In this document: in pieces, positions 63,873 to 64,000 of the stretch | How positions within the stretch are numbered: the first letter of the stretch is position 1 | Layout: every line of letters begins with the position of its first letter | NCBI RefSeq assembly: GCF_009914755.1 | Contig: NC_060931.1 | DNA: 64,000 nucleotides | From: the human T2T-CHM13v2.0 reference genome, Homo sapiens | Direction: 5' to 3' (one strand) | Position numbers and translations under genes: made by a program | The notes under the pieces: model-generated | Told to the model about the DNA's origin: nothing | The model's input: only the letters and a program-made list of their open reading frames with translations | Database searches by the model: none

Positions 63873-64000
63873 TTTTTTTTTTTTTTTTTTTTGAGAGAGA
63901 GTCTCACTCTGTCACCCAGGCTGGAGTGCAGTGTCACGATCTTCACTCTGCAACCTCCGCCTTCTAGGTTCAAGCGATTCTCCTTCCTCAACCTCCTGAG
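63873..64000 (-). mobile_element. AluS right arm, cut by the window edge, in tandem with the previous Alu
   Basis: T-tract followed by GAGAGAGAGTCTCACTCTGTCACCCAGGCTGG. Confidence 0.92.

Overview
AT-rich, CpG-poor primate DNA, most likely human or another African great ape (it carries AluY, L1PA2/3 and L1PA4). It looks intronic or intergenic. I recognise no conventional protein-coding gene, and the long ORFs are LINE-1 remnants. Two full-length, same-orientation L1s dominate: an L1PA4-like copy (10249-16387) inside an old L2, and an L1PA2/3-like copy (47871-53895). The rest is about 14 Alus, many solo LTRs (MSTA, MLT1, MLT2, THE1, MER21, LTR8, MER76-like, MER54/74-like), MIR/L2 relics, a Tigger-type element and microsatellites. 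Best observations: (1) the two L1s differ in age yet share at least 7 scattered non-consensus, non-CpG substitutions, suggesting repeated gene conversion across 37.6 kb (or an assembly artefact); (2) a 30-bp 3' transduction on the younger L1; (3) the pair brackets the ZNF93-escape deletion; (4) both keep an open antisense ORF0 whose splice donors are in frame with candidate minus-strand exons; (5) two complex template-switch scars near 16.7 kb and 26 kb; (6) a 25-bp TSD. Repeat subfamily names and consensus comparisons come from memory, not a database search, and all exon calls rest on splice motifs only.
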